DNA of 64,000 nt, taken from the sequence record PQ015378.1; one strand, 5' to 3'. Of the stretch, positions 9,606-18,903 are shown piece by piece. Each line of letters begins with the position of its first letter. The first letter of the stretch is position 1. The notes below the pieces were generated by a model. The model worked only from the letters and a program-made list of their open reading frames with translations. It was not told where the DNA came from and searched no databases. A program made the position numbers and the translations under genes.

Positions 9606-9943
9606 GTGGAAAGCTTCGTTACAAAGGTTGTGTACTGAGCAACGTGAAAGTGGGTAATGAGAAAGTTGCTCAATATCACGTACCGCCATGCGTCGTAATG
9701 CCGAACACCACGGCATATGAACTCATGACCACCAAGACCGACCAACAGAAGAAGCCCGGTGGCATCAAGATGATCGACGAACATATGTTCGAGATGGATG
9801 TCAAGTGGCGGAAGATGGAAGGTCGCAAACCATATGACCAACTGTCCGAACGTGAGAAAATGCTGGAAGGCGGAATCCGTTGGGACCCCATCCGTTTGAA
9901 GGAGTTGACCGATGCAGAAAGAGCTGGACTGGGACCTGTTTGA
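9602..9943 (+). CDS. hypothetical protein (start uncertain)
   Basis: GTGA overlap with the upstream stop. Confidence 0.55.
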   Translation: MSGKLRYKGCVLSNVKVGNEKVAQYHVPPCVVMPNTTAYELMTTKTDQQKKPGGIKMIDEHMFEMDVKWRKMEGRKPYDQLSEREKMLEGGIRWDPIRLKELTDAERAGLGPV

Positions 9944-9961
9944 AGAATACGAGGGCCTGTG

Positions 9962-10072
9962 ATGCGCGAGATCGATTTGGGCTTCATGCTCACCAAAGAG
10001 TGGTCCGATGAGCGACCAGACATTATCACCGATGAGCACGACGATCTCATCTCGGAAGAGGACTGGATCTGA
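9962..10072 (+). CDS. 36-aa acidic micro-protein
   Basis: read manually: MREIDLGFMLTKEWSDERPDIITDEHDDLISEEDWI; GAGGG upstream. Confidence 0.45.
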   Translation: MREIDLGFMLTKEWSDERPDIITDEHDDLISEEDWI

Positions 10073-10176
10073 TGAGCGGTGATGCTTCCGATGTTCGTCC
10101 TGACATCTAAGGGGATGTAAATGCCGACCTACAACCAACTCCACCCTGGCTTTAATAACGTAAGCCTGTGGAGGCA

Positions 10177-10362
10177 ATGTACCAAATGGCAAAGTCCTAT
10201 CGCACCTGCTACCGCCGTGACTGGAAAGAGTTCTGGACCCCACGTCCCCTGACCTTCTTCTCGTCCAATAAAGAACACAAAGCGCTGTGCCATCGGGTGG
10301 AGCGTCGTGTGATCAAGAAGGCAGCGATCGCTGCTGCTGTGGCGGAGCATTACGCCGAATAA
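10177..10362 (+). CDS. small basic hypothetical protein
   Basis: GGAGG RBS; followed by a terminator. Confidence 0.65.
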   Translation: MYQMAKSYRTCYRRDWKEFWTPRPLTFFSSNKEHKALCHRVERRVIKKAAIAAAVAEHYAE

Positions 10363-10400
10363 CATAAAGGGAGCCTTCGGGCTCCCTTTATGTCGTTTTT
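10363..10400 (+). terminator. hairpin terminator
   Basis: CATAAAGGGAGCC-TTCG-GGCTCCCTTTATG. Confidence 0.85.
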
Positions 10401-10404
10401 CTTT

Positions 10405-10434
10405 TATTTAAACCGTTTAAAAGCCTATATTACT
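10405..10434 (+). promoter_or_regulatory. phiKZ-type early (virion RNAP) promoter
   Basis: TATTTAAACCGTTTAAAAGCCTATATTACT, identical 30-mer at 23692-23721; contains the TATTAC early consensus. Confidence 0.8.
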
Positions 10435-10472
10435 TTCTTGAATCTAAGCCCTAAATCTAAAGGAATATACCC

Positions 10473-11090
10473 ATGAACGTACAATTCACTTCCACCATCT
10501 ACAGCATCAACGAACTGCTGGCTGCCGGTTACAAACTGGAACTGATGCCAGAGTGGCGTACCAACGAAGGTTGGACCATCAACTACACCGAACACGATGT
10601 TCCTGGTAAAGTTGGTCTGATCATCACTCGTGATTGGGCTTATGCCCTGATCGTTGGTAACGTTGTCGATGGTGTATTCGTCAACGTAGAAGAAGAAGCT
10701 TCCGGTGAATACGAGCTGGAGTACTTCTACAAGCAATTCGAAAACTACCGCACTCGTGTGGTAACCATGGTAACTCCCCATGGTGATGAAACCGAGATAA
10801 CTCGGGATCGTCGTAAGGCTATTGATAATAGCATTCTCACCAACGCTTGGCAAACCCTGCCGAACAACGTAACTCACGAAGAGAAGATGTACTTCGAAGG
10901 TGCGCGTGTTGTTTGTGATATTCGTCGCAAGCATGGTGGTAATGGCGTAGTATCGGTGAAGTGCCAATCGGGCAAGTACTTCTACGTGCAGTTCGAGAAG
11001 AACGAAGTTCGGGCATTCAACACCAAAGGCTATACCCGTGAAACCATTCTTCAACAAATCGGCGGTATCCTCGATACCGTTCTTCGCTAA
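10473..11090 (+). CDS. hypothetical early protein
   Basis: AAGGA RBS; first ORF after the early promoter. Confidence 0.75.
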   Translation: MNVQFTSTIYSINELLAAGYKLELMPEWRTNEGWTINYTEHDVPGKVGLIITRDWAYALIVGNVVDGVFVNVEEEASGEYELEYFYKQFENYRTRVVTMVTPHGDETEITRDRRKAIDNSILTNAWQTLPNNVTHEEKMYFEGARVVCDIRRKHGGNGVVSVKCQSGKYFYVQFEKNEVRAFNTKGYTRETILQQIGGILDTVLR

Positions 11091-11099
11091 GGAGCTATC

Positions 11100-11357
11100 A
11101 TGGCCGGAGCAAGCGCTGTAGCTGTAGCATTCATGTCTGTAATGATCGGACACAACGTCACGGCGCGCCCAGCGCCAGTGCCTGACCACAAGGTCACTAT
11201 TATCGAAGGAGCTTCGGCGATGGCAGTATGCCGTCGTCTGGAAGCGAACTTCCATATCGGCCCGACCACGACCTACGGCGACATGAAAGTGTCGTCGTCG
11301 AAGCTCGATGATGCTACCGTTCGTCGAGAAACGAGCTGCGTGCAATTCTCGCAATAA
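11100..11357 (+). CDS. hypothetical exported/membrane protein
   Basis: AAGGAG RBS; hydrophobic N-terminus. Confidence 0.65.
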   Translation: MAGASAVAVAFMSVMIGHNVTARPAPVPDHKVTIIEGASAMAVCRRLEANFHIGPTTTYGDMKVSSSKLDDATVRRETSCVQFSQ

Positions 11358-11364
11358 AAAAGTA

Positions 11365-11393
11365 TTGACACCGATGTGAGCCCGGTACATAAT
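11365..11393 (+). promoter_or_regulatory. host sigma70-type promoter
   Basis: TTGACA-17 bp-CATAAT preceded by an A-tract. Confidence 0.7.
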
Positions 11394-11422
11394 AGGCTCA
11401 CCAACAACGAAGGAGATACACC

Positions 11423-11623
11423 ATGAAATACCAAGATATGCTGGCTAAGGCTTCCGACGTAAAAGCTGCCTACTACGTCGATATCCTCAACGCGGTGGTT
11501 TACGAATCCCGCCTCGCCGCAGACCAGCGTCGTGCAGCCCGGTCGGTACTCAGCAACTGGCGCCTGACCACGGTAGAAGAAGACGCTATCTTCAACGAAG
11601 CTTGCCGGATCATGCAGGCTTAA
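11423..11623 (+). CDS. 66-aa helical hypothetical protein
   Basis: strong RBS AAGGAGATACACC-ATG; lies between the sigma70 promoter and a hairpin. Confidence 0.8.
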   Translation: MKYQDMLAKASDVKAAYYVDILNAVVYESRLAADQRRAARSVLSNWRLTTVEEDAIFNEACRIMQA

Positions 11624-11634
11624 CATCAACAACA

Positions 11635-11654
11635 GAGGCTCCGAAAGGGGCCTC
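11635..11654 (+). terminator. hairpin (GAAA loop)
   Basis: GAGGCTCC-GAAA-GGGGCCTC. Confidence 0.6.
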
Positions 11655-11676
11655 ACCTCATTTAAGGATAATCAAA

Positions 11677-12588
11677 ATGGCTAAGGTCAAACATACAAGG
11701 CTGTACCGGATCGAGAGCATCTATGGGGATGGGCTCTACTGCAGCAACAAACAAATCGGTTCTCGCATGGGCCTGGAAGTCATCCGTGACGTCGACCTCT
11801 ATAACTGTGGTCGGTTAAAGAACATCCGCTATCGTACCCATGGTGGGGAAGAACGCTGTCATAACACCATGACGGGTATGATCGGGCGGATGCCCTCACT
11901 GATGTCTATCTACGGTGAGTTACCTGAAACAGTAAAGCAGCTCTCCTTGGACCTGGATACCGTACCACCCAGTCTGATGGATCCGGGTCCATTTGCAAAC
12001 TACATGCGTTCAGTTCTGAACGTAGACCCAATTTTTCAAGCCGAGTTCCCACACCCAGAACCCATTGAAGTGCTGGGGGGTGGTCGTGAAGAACGTCGGA
12101 TGATCCGTTATCCCAACGGAGATGAAGTCTATATCACTCCCTGGGAACAACTGAAGCTTGACATTCGGCACGAAGACAAGATCGTGTCTACCAAGCTGTA
12201 CAAGCAAGGTAACATGACCATCGCCGATCTGATCGAAATGGAACACTACAAGGAAACTTGCGCGTATCGTTTCGCGGATGCAGACGACAATCGTCCGATG
12301 CCAAACCGAGATGGGATCGAAGTACCACAGCACAAGATCTCCGGGGACTACCTGTTCGCGTTCTCTTCCCTGGAACGCATGTCGGAATGGTTGGACGGGG
12401 CTTTCCCGAAAGACATTCTGAATGTGGGTGCGGTGATCAAGATCATCGATGTTCGTGAAGCCCACATTGGTAAGTGCCAAGCGATCTATCGCCCTCGGGA
12501 TGTCATGAAGTCATTCACTGTTTGCCACACGGGTCAGTACAACCTGCGCGGTAAACCAAAGGCACGCGATGCTGCTTATCGCTACTAA
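11677..12588 (+). CDS. hypothetical protein
   Basis: AAGGA RBS, 303 aa. Confidence 0.75.
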   Translation: MAKVKHTRLYRIESIYGDGLYCSNKQIGSRMGLEVIRDVDLYNCGRLKNIRYRTHGGEERCHNTMTGMIGRMPSLMSIYGELPETVKQLSLDLDTVPPSLMDPGPFANYMRSVLNVDPIFQAEFPHPEPIEVLGGGREERRMIRYPNGDEVYITPWEQLKLDIRHEDKIVSTKLYKQGNMTIADLIEMEHYKETCAYRFADADDNRPMPNRDGIEVPQHKISGDYLFAFSSLERMSEWLDGAFPKDILNVGAVIKIIDVREAHIGKCQAIYRPRDVMKSFTVCHTGQYNLRGKPKARDAAYRY

Positions 12589-12597
12589 GGAGTAGTC

Positions 12598-13242
12598 ATG
12601 CAATATACTGGTGTTCAAATCGATATCCGTCTTTCCCGGACGTTGCCGCAACAGGTAGCTCACTGGTTGTCACTGCACAGCCAAGGGAAAGGGAACTTCA
12701 AACCAATCAACGATTTCATGATGGTTGGTTCTCCAGAGTTCCGTAACTGGGAAGGTGGTCACTTCCGGTTGATTGAAGACCACCCGGAGTATGGTACTCA
12801 TTGGCATCTGAAGACGGCAGGTAGTTGTCAGGACCTGTCGATGGAACATCTCAGTTTCTTCTTGCATGAGATCCAACCTTGGAGTATCATGAAAGAAAAC
12901 GAGGTGATCTGTCGGGTGGTTGGTGAAGACCAGACATCGTACGAAAAGATCTGGTATCACGATCGGGCCGACACCCTGGTTGTAATGCAGAACGGAAACC
13001 GGTATCCACTCGATGCATCCCACCCACGAAACTGGGAAGTCTGGGATCTGTTGAAAGGACTCGGTTTCAAAGATGACTATCCCGACAACGGCGGTTGGCG
13101 TAAGTGGTACTACCCAACCAACGCTGTGGTTAGTCCGAAGCAAGAAGAGAAAAGGATCTTGGCTCGGGTTCACAACGAAAACCGCGAAGCTGAGAAACTC
13201 GCAGAAATTCAAAAGCAAATCGATGCCTTGGAGGGCAAATAA
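12598..13242 (+). CDS. hypothetical protein
   Basis: AAGGAG RBS. Confidence 0.75.
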   Translation: MQYTGVQIDIRLSRTLPQQVAHWLSLHSQGKGNFKPINDFMMVGSPEFRNWEGGHFRLIEDHPEYGTHWHLKTAGSCQDLSMEHLSFFLHEIQPWSIMKENEVICRVVGEDQTSYEKIWYHDRADTLVVMQNGNRYPLDASHPRNWEVWDLLKGLGFKDDYPDNGGWRKWYYPTNAVVSPKQEEKRILARVHNENREAEKLAEIQKQIDALEGK

Positions 13243-13243
13243 C

Positions 13244-13654
13244 ATGGAATTCAAATCTCGTCGTGACGCCCGTTTCGTTCTGATCAAAGACCAACTGCAT
13301 GGTATCGCCCAGCGGTTGGGCTACCTGCGTGAAGCCGAACTGAACCAAGTCGGTGAGATCAGCATCGACGATGGCTTCGTCGTGGACATCCGTGCTTCGG
13401 GTGGTATCGGCATGAAGATCCAGCACACCATGCTGGTCGAAGTGTCTCACCCAGACTGGGACAAAGCACTCAAGTTCACAATTGATGTACTGGGTAAGAA
13501 TCAGTGCAAGAACTGCTACTTCCCAGACTTCGGCAACTTCGGTAAAGACGTCGATTCCCTCGACGACGAAACCTGGGAAGATATGCTGTTGTTACCAGAG
13601 CTCTTCGCTGATGCAGTGGAAGAGCTGATCTTCGAACGTTACAAGGCGAAGTAA
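13244..13654 (+). CDS. hypothetical protein
   Basis: GGAGG RBS within the upstream ORF end. Confidence 0.75.
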   Translation: MEFKSRRDARFVLIKDQLHGIAQRLGYLREAELNQVGEISIDDGFVVDIRASGGIGMKIQHTMLVEVSHPDWDKALKFTIDVLGKNQCKNCYFPDFGNFGKDVDSLDDETWEDMLLLPELFADAVEELIFERYKAK

Positions 13655-13693
13655 TTCGCCCTCTACCCTCAATCTCGCAATAAGGAATTCACA

Positions 13694-14179
13694 ATGACTC
13701 ACACTACCTCTTCCCGTCGTATGGGCAACGCAATGGCTGAAGTCCTCATCGAGGATTTCAAGAAGTCCGGCTATATCTCCATGTTCTCGGAAGAAAAGAA
13801 ATCGGTCCGCGTCGGTAAGAACGGCGATATGCTCACCATCCGTTGCTGGAACGAGGCAGGGTATACTCACCTGGAGTTCATCGTCTCTGACAAATCCCAG
13901 CGGGTCGAAACACTTCATCATCGGTTCACCACCCGCAACACCGGTTGGACCAAGGTGATGCGCAACATCTCGGCCCAGTGGGAACTCGATATGCTGTGGG
14001 TCTGCAATAAACTGGCAATCCTGCTGGATCTGCTTTACGAGAACTTCACCATCAATGGCGAACGTAAAGAACTCCATCAGGGTGGTACCGGTTTCTCCAG
14101 CATCGCCAAGGAATCCGTGGCGGCTGAGTGGGACAGCTTCCGCCACTCCGGTTCTCTGGCCGGGGGTAACGAGGGATGA
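13694..14179 (+). CDS. hypothetical protein
   Basis: AAGGA RBS. Confidence 0.75.
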   Translation: MTHTTSSRRMGNAMAEVLIEDFKKSGYISMFSEEKKSVRVGKNGDMLTIRCWNEAGYTHLEFIVSDKSQRVETLHHRFTTRNTGWTKVMRNISAQWELDMLWVCNKLAILLDLLYENFTINGERKELHQGGTGFSSIAKESVAAEWDSFRHSGSLAGGNEG

Positions 14180-14427
14180 ACCTGACCCAAGCATGCATGC
14201 TGATCAGTTTCCTGTCGTTGATCTGGGCCTGGGGCGACACCTGGGCTCAGCGCGTTAAGGTCACTGACATGGCCTGGATGTACAAGCCGAGTGTCCATGG
14301 CGATGATTACAAAGCCAAATGCCTGGAACTCTTCCGTGACTACAAAGTGAAGTTCTGGATGTCGACAGCGGTATCGTTGATCTACATCGGCTTCGCCTGG
14401 TACTACTTCGATAAGGGGGCTCTGTGA
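14176..14427 (+). CDS. hypothetical two-TM membrane protein
   Basis: two hydrophobic segments; ATGA overlap. Confidence 0.7.
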   Translation: MNLTQACMLISFLSLIWAWGDTWAQRVKVTDMAWMYKPSVHGDDYKAKCLELFRDYKVKFWMSTAVSLIYIGFAWYYFDKGAL

Positions 14428-14849
14428 ACCTTCAGAAAGGCGAGTACGACCTCGCATTCGTAAAGTGTATGGCTGAGGTTACGCAGGTAACTAACGAGGC
14501 CACGCGAAAAGCATTTATGCGCTGGTCCCACATCGTGGAACGGTGGTTCGATACGCAACCACCAAGACGTACTCAGGTGGAACTCAGTCCGCTTTACACC
14601 TACAAAATGGAAAACTTGTTCATCAACAAGAAACTCCATCGTTGCCTGGTGATTACCCATGAGCACAATGGGCAACAGCTGTTCCTGGCTGTCGATTGGG
14701 ACAAGAGCTTCGATGTGAAGCCATTCTTCCAAGGGCGTATTCCACGTGAGCGTCAGCTGGACTGCTGTACGTTCCACATCTCGGGCCAACCTGCGTGGTT
14801 GTTCGATCCAAAAGAACTCTTCCTGGAGGCCGGACGTGAAGGTGTTTAA
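14424..14849 (+). CDS. hypothetical protein
   Basis: GTGA overlap. Confidence 0.7.
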   Translation: MNLQKGEYDLAFVKCMAEVTQVTNEATRKAFMRWSHIVERWFDTQPPRRTQVELSPLYTYKMENLFINKKLHRCLVITHEHNGQQLFLAVDWDKSFDVKPFFQGRIPRERQLDCCTFHISGQPAWLFDPKELFLEAGREGV

Positions 14850-15204
14850 AACCATCATGGCTCTGGCAATGACACTCGGGATGGTTACATGCCATCCCGT
14901 AGCTGTTACGGCCAAAGAGCAGCGTATCGGTCAGATCTCCATGGGCGTGTGCAACATGGCTGACCACTACATCGATACCACCTACCACATGGCCAAACAA
15001 GGTCGGGGTAACTACGAGATCATGGCGTATCTCGACAGCATCACCGATGAGGATGACCGCGAGTACGTGGCCATCCTGATGACCAAGGTAAATGTGGCGA
15101 GTGTGCAGAACGCTGTGCGCAAAGCATACTCGGCTAAAGAAGTAAAAGAACGTCACAAAGAGATCTGCATCAAGCAAATCGGTGACAACGTAAACCGCTA
15201 TTAA
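14836..15204 (+). CDS. hypothetical exported protein
   Basis: GGAGG RBS; signal-peptide-like N-terminus. Confidence 0.65.
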   Translation: MKVFKTIMALAMTLGMVTCHPVAVTAKEQRIGQISMGVCNMADHYIDTTYHMAKQGRGNYEIMAYLDSITDEDDREYVAILMTKVNVASVQNAVRKAYSAKEVKERHKEICIKQIGDNVNRY

Positions 15205-15216
15205 AGGAGTATACCC

Positions 15217-15663
15217 ATGAACCTCGAAATGATCAAGTGGCTGAAGGAACACTTTGGCGACCGTTACGTCTCTGCGGACGCTCTGTTCCGTAAGTCGTTG
15301 AACGAAGTTGCCGTACCAGCAATGGGTCACAAGAAAGCGACCCTCTGGATCATCGTCGACAACTGCCGTGGGGAAGACATCGCTCGTCGTCACTACGAAA
15401 CGATGTTGCAATGTGACAAGGAACTCACCGGGGAAGAACAACTGATCGACCCTTATGGTGGTCCTCGTGAAATGACCAACCGCCTGCGTGCGCAAGGCTT
15501 CGACATCAAGATGACCGCTTACCCGAAAGGGTTTGACAAAATGGTCGACCATGCTAAACTGTACGCAGCCAAGTTTGCAATGGAGCAACTGGATGTACAG
15601 ATGGTCTGCTACAACCTCGAAGACCGCGTAATGCCAACTGAAGAAATGGAGAAACAAGCATGA
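15217..15663 (+). CDS. hypothetical protein
   Basis: AAGGAG RBS. Confidence 0.75.
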   Translation: MNLEMIKWLKEHFGDRYVSADALFRKSLNEVAVPAMGHKKATLWIIVDNCRGEDIARRHYETMLQCDKELTGEEQLIDPYGGPREMTNRLRAQGFDIKMTAYPKGFDKMVDHAKLYAAKFAMEQLDVQMVCYNLEDRVMPTEEMEKQA

Positions 15664-16124
15664 AACCTTACCACCTGTTCCTGAGCTTAATCGTTGCTGT
15701 CCTGGCCACCATCGGTACCTGTTCCAACGCTCACGCCGAATGGGTCATCGAAGGCGGGAAGTTCGAAGAAGTCACCATCAACGAGGCTGTCTGCGGTTAC
15801 TACTCGGGTGGCTATGCTGCCCTGACTGATCGCCACATGAACTACGGCGAAACTGCAAAGCAACTGCAAGACGGTGCAACTCGTGGCGCTGTTCGCACCA
15901 TGACCAACACCGACCAGTACGCTTCGTTCTCACTGCTGTGGACTGACGCACCATCGATCCCTGAGATTGCTTCCAATCCGAACATCCGCAAGCTGGCGCA
16001 GATGCGTACCCAAACCATCGCTGACGTACTTCAGCAGTTCTCCCGTGAGGAGTGCATGAAGCGTCTGGGTGAAGTGATAGAAGTTCCAAAACGCGTGTGG
16101 CGCAAGCCTGGTGTACAGATGTAA
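15660..16124 (+). CDS. hypothetical exported protein
   Basis: signal peptide ending NAHA. Confidence 0.7.
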   Translation: MKPYHLFLSLIVAVLATIGTCSNAHAEWVIEGGKFEEVTINEAVCGYYSGGYAALTDRHMNYGETAKQLQDGATRGAVRTMTNTDQYASFSLLWTDAPSIPEIASNPNIRKLAQMRTQTIADVLQQFSREECMKRLGEVIEVPKRVWRKPGVQM

Positions 16125-16130
16125 GTGATA

Positions 16131-16164
16131 GCCGCCCTTCGGGGCGGCATCCCTTTCTTTTTTT
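16131..16164 (+). terminator. intrinsic terminator
   Basis: GCCGCCC-TTCG-GGGCGGC plus T-tract. Confidence 0.85.
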
Positions 16165-16173
16165 GTTGCAAAA

Positions 16174-16192
16174 AATCTCAGATCTATATTAC
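16174..16192 (+). promoter_or_regulatory. phiKZ-type early promoter
   Basis: AATCTCAGATCTATATTAC, identical at 40045-40063. Confidence 0.8.
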
Positions 16193-16222
16193 TGTAGTGC
16201 AATCTAGATATAGGAGCAAACA

Positions 16223-16792
16223 ATGGCACTTTACAAAGTAGCTGTTGTTAGGGGAGAATGGCAACTTGATCCTGATCAGGTAGTCAGGCTCTACGTGCGC
16301 CCGTCCATAATCCTTATCGACCCTGGAGGCACGCATCATGTACCATCACTCGCAGAACCAGACGGACGAGGAAGTGACCCACAAGGCCTTCCGTCGGGTC
16401 TTGTCTTTCAGGCCACCTCCCACATTCGTGGAACGCCTGGGATGCAATATTGGCAAACCACGCTTCCAGAAGACGGATTCCGGTTGGAACCGGAGGCCGA
16501 TCTAACAGCAACGGTTTTCGGCATCTATACCGAGAACTGTAGTCCGTTCGTGGCCGTGCTAGTTACCCCGTGTTCGATCCGCTGGGATGTCTCCGAGATG
16601 GACACCCTTGCTATACCGGTGAAAGACGTTGTGTCGATTAACCAGTACGATCAGCATTTCATACAACCCCTCAAAAGGCTACGAGTCAATGAGTGTAGAA
16701 CTGGTATTATCCCAGATCCCGTCGAAGGACGAACTGGTGAAAGCGGGACTGGCGCATCAGGTCCAGCAGATCCTGGAACTGTTCCGGGATGA
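16223..16792 (+). CDS. hypothetical early protein
   Basis: AGGAG RBS; 3' end overlaps the next ORF by ~100 nt. Confidence 0.6.
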   Translation: MALYKVAVVRGEWQLDPDQVVRLYVRPSIILIDPGGTHHVPSLAEPDGRGSDPQGLPSGLVFQATSHIRGTPGMQYWQTTLPEDGFRLEPEADLTATVFGIYTENCSPFVAVLVTPCSIRWDVSEMDTLAIPVKDVVSINQYDQHFIQPLKRLRVNECRTGIIPDPVEGRTGESGTGASGPADPGTVPG

Positions 16793-17018
16793 GTTCCCTG
16801 CTAATGATATCATGGCGAAGGCTGTGGATCGTGGGACCTACTGGCAATGGTTCGCCGAAGTACCTTTCGAAGTTCCTCCGATTCTGGAGCACGCTTTGAA
16901 AGATGCCTTGGCCGACAAGTGGTTCGATCGAATCACCGTCAACCCGTATCACGAAGGCTACACCCGTGTGTCCATCACCGTCATGAAAGGAGAGACCGAT
17001 GAGTCTCATGAAGGTTGA
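16689..17018 (+). CDS. hypothetical protein
   Basis: begins MSVELVLSQ; coupled to the next ORF. Confidence 0.65.
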   Translation: MSVELVLSQIPSKDELVKAGLAHQVQQILELFRDEFPANDIMAKAVDRGTYWQWFAEVPFEVPPILEHALKDALADKWFDRITVNPYHEGYTRVSITVMKGETDESHEG

Positions 17019-17349
17019 AATCCGTAACAAGCTGTTGCATGAATCTGAAACCATGGCCGATGGCTTGGTAGAGATCATCACGACGGCACACAAAAACGAC
17101 GCCGAGATGGTCGAATCCATCCACAAGGGTGAAGACGGCACTGACCGCTTTACCTACCGGATGCCACTGACTGTTTACATCTCCGAACAGTCCCACACGC
17201 TCAAGCGTCTGGCTGCAGGGTTGGAAGATCTCGGTTTCTCTAACGTCAACATTCGAGGTGTCGGCGATCTTCCACGTGAAGATTGTGAAGTCCGCGCCTG
17301 GTTGTTCTACGATCTGGTCTTACCGGACGAGGAAGCACCAAGTGTTTGA
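16999..17349 (+). CDS. hypothetical protein
   Basis: AAGGAG RBS. Confidence 0.75.
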   Translation: MSLMKVEIRNKLLHESETMADGLVEIITTAHKNDAEMVESIHKGEDGTDRFTYRMPLTVYISEQSHTLKRLAAGLEDLGFSNVNIRGVGDLPREDCEVRAWLFYDLVLPDEEAPSV

Positions 17350-17635
17350 CCTTTCCAAAGCCGATCTGTTCCGTGACTCGGACATCATCATCACCGTAAA
17401 AACCGAACACTGTGACGAACGTCTGAAGGTGTACCTGGATAAGTTCAAGGAACTGGGTATGGAAGTCCATGCTTATTCCGATCGCGGTTGTCACCGACAG
17501 TACATGTTGGTACCTGATCGCGAGGCGCTCCAGGAACAACTGCATGCAAGCTGTCGCAACTCGGCAGGAGGTATCTTCCCAGATGAATTCGCCAAAGGAC
17601 TCATCTCTGCCGTTTCCGGAGAACAAGTCGTTTGA
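17342..17635 (+). CDS. hypothetical protein
   Basis: GTG start with GAGGA RBS. Confidence 0.65.
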   Translation: MFDLSKADLFRDSDIIITVKTEHCDERLKVYLDKFKELGMEVHAYSDRGCHRQYMLVPDREALQEQLHASCRNSAGGIFPDEFAKGLISAVSGEQVV

Positions 17636-17843
17636 GGAAATCCTCACCGACATCGGGGGCGGAGTTCTGTTGAATCCCACTCCTGAACCACATCGTCACG
17701 TCGATACATCCATGACGCCAGACGAAGCCTGTGCTGCATCTTTCGGGGCGCGGTACATGTTACTACGCATGCGGAAGCTTCACGATCCAGAGGACGTTGT
17801 GCGAGCTGCTCTGCCTTTAATGGAGAAGCCTCATGACAAATGA
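17583..17843 (+). CDS. hypothetical protein (start uncertain)
   Basis: fills the gap between flanking ORFs. Confidence 0.45.
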   Translation: MNSPKDSSLPFPENKSFEEILTDIGGGVLLNPTPEPHRHVDTSMTPDEACAASFGARYMLLRMRKLHDPEDVVRAALPLMEKPHDK

Positions 17844-18213
17844 AGAACGCTGGAACGAAGCCGTGGCTAAGGTTGCCGAGTCTGCCCGTGATAAGAGCAT
17901 CAATGATCGTTGGAAGGCTGCTATCAAAGCAACTCCAATGGACATCGCTGCTGACCGTATCGCGGATGAGCTGGTGGAAATGAACTCCACCGTTGTGGAA
18001 GAGATCTACACAGGTTTCGCTACTACCACAACCGACCAACTTGCGGTCATTACCGAAGCGGTACACCTCACAACGAACATGACGTTGAACGTACTTGACG
18101 ACCATGCTCAGATCTTCCCCCACGGTCTGGACCTCGGTGACAATCCCTGGTTCGACTACGGCGAGTTGCAAGACCGATTCAATCGCAACTACGCCGACGC
18201 CATCAACACATAA
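17833..18213 (+). CDS. acidic protein with C-terminal YADAINT motif
   Basis: GGAG RBS; shared C-terminal motif (see findings). Confidence 0.8.
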   Translation: MTNEERWNEAVAKVAESARDKSINDRWKAAIKATPMDIAADRIADELVEMNSTVVEEIYTGFATTTTDQLAVITEAVHLTTNMTLNVLDDHAQIFPHGLDLGDNPWFDYGELQDRFNRNYADAINT

Positions 18214-18222
18214 GGAGTCCAC

Positions 18223-18483
18223 ATGGACGACGCAGCAGTAGAAAACGCAGTAGCCTCCGTTGGTGAAGCGAACGACAACAAACAACGTGAAGTCCTCGAC
18301 AGCCTGATCGGCATCCGTATCGAAGCGGAAGCCATGCCTGATCGCACCAAGGCTGTGGACCACGCCATCTCTGAAACTGCCCGTGTGTACGAAGATGCTT
18401 TCGTACTGGAAGTCAGTGCCGAAGGTTGCGCAACCGAGTTCATGGGCGCGGCTGACCGCTACCTGGAACAAGTCAACTCGTAA
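18223..18483 (+). CDS. acidic protein with C-terminal YLEQVNS motif
   Basis: AAGGAG RBS. Confidence 0.8.
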   Translation: MDDAAVENAVASVGEANDNKQREVLDSLIGIRIEAEAMPDRTKAVDHAISETARVYEDAFVLEVSAEGCATEFMGAADRYLEQVNS

Positions 18484-18508
18484 CAAAAGTACTGGGTGGG
18501 GTAATAAC

Positions 18509-18844
18509 ATGAGTCACTCCGCCTTCGAGCGAAACAAAATCCGAAACTTCATCGCCAGCTCAGCTCTGGACGGTGTACACTTCTCTGAACAGGAAATACT
18601 CGCAATGACCGAACAAACCAAAATCGTCGAAGCCAACGTCGAATCCCGTGCCGAACTGATCGCCGCTGTCAACGCTGTCCGTACCGATGCCAAAGCTGAA
18701 GCCACTGTCTCCGCCGCTGTCGACGTCGCCATCACCGGTACTGTCCTGGCCGTAGAAGCCGCTGTCCTGACCGGCGGTATGGGTTCCGTGGTCGAGCTCA
18801 ACCAAGAGCTGGGCAAGTCCTGGGCCGAGACCGTCAACTCGTAA
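18509..18844 (+). CDS. Ala/Val-rich protein with C-terminal WAETVNS motif
   Basis: ORF with strongly phage-typical codons. Confidence 0.75.
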   Translation: MSHSAFERNKIRNFIASSALDGVHFSEQEILAMTEQTKIVEANVESRAELIAAVNAVRTDAKAEATVSAAVDVAITGTVLAVEAAVLTGGMGSVVELNQELGKSWAETVNS

Positions 18845-18903
18845 TCGGTCGTGGGGTCGTAATTCTATGTGAGCCAATTCCGGCTAATGACACAGAGGTT
18901 ACC

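Noticed and set aside
10060-10110. CTGATGAG word resembling a hammerhead ribozyme core
   Set aside because: No downstream GAAA(C) core element or flanking stems; explained by coding sequence.
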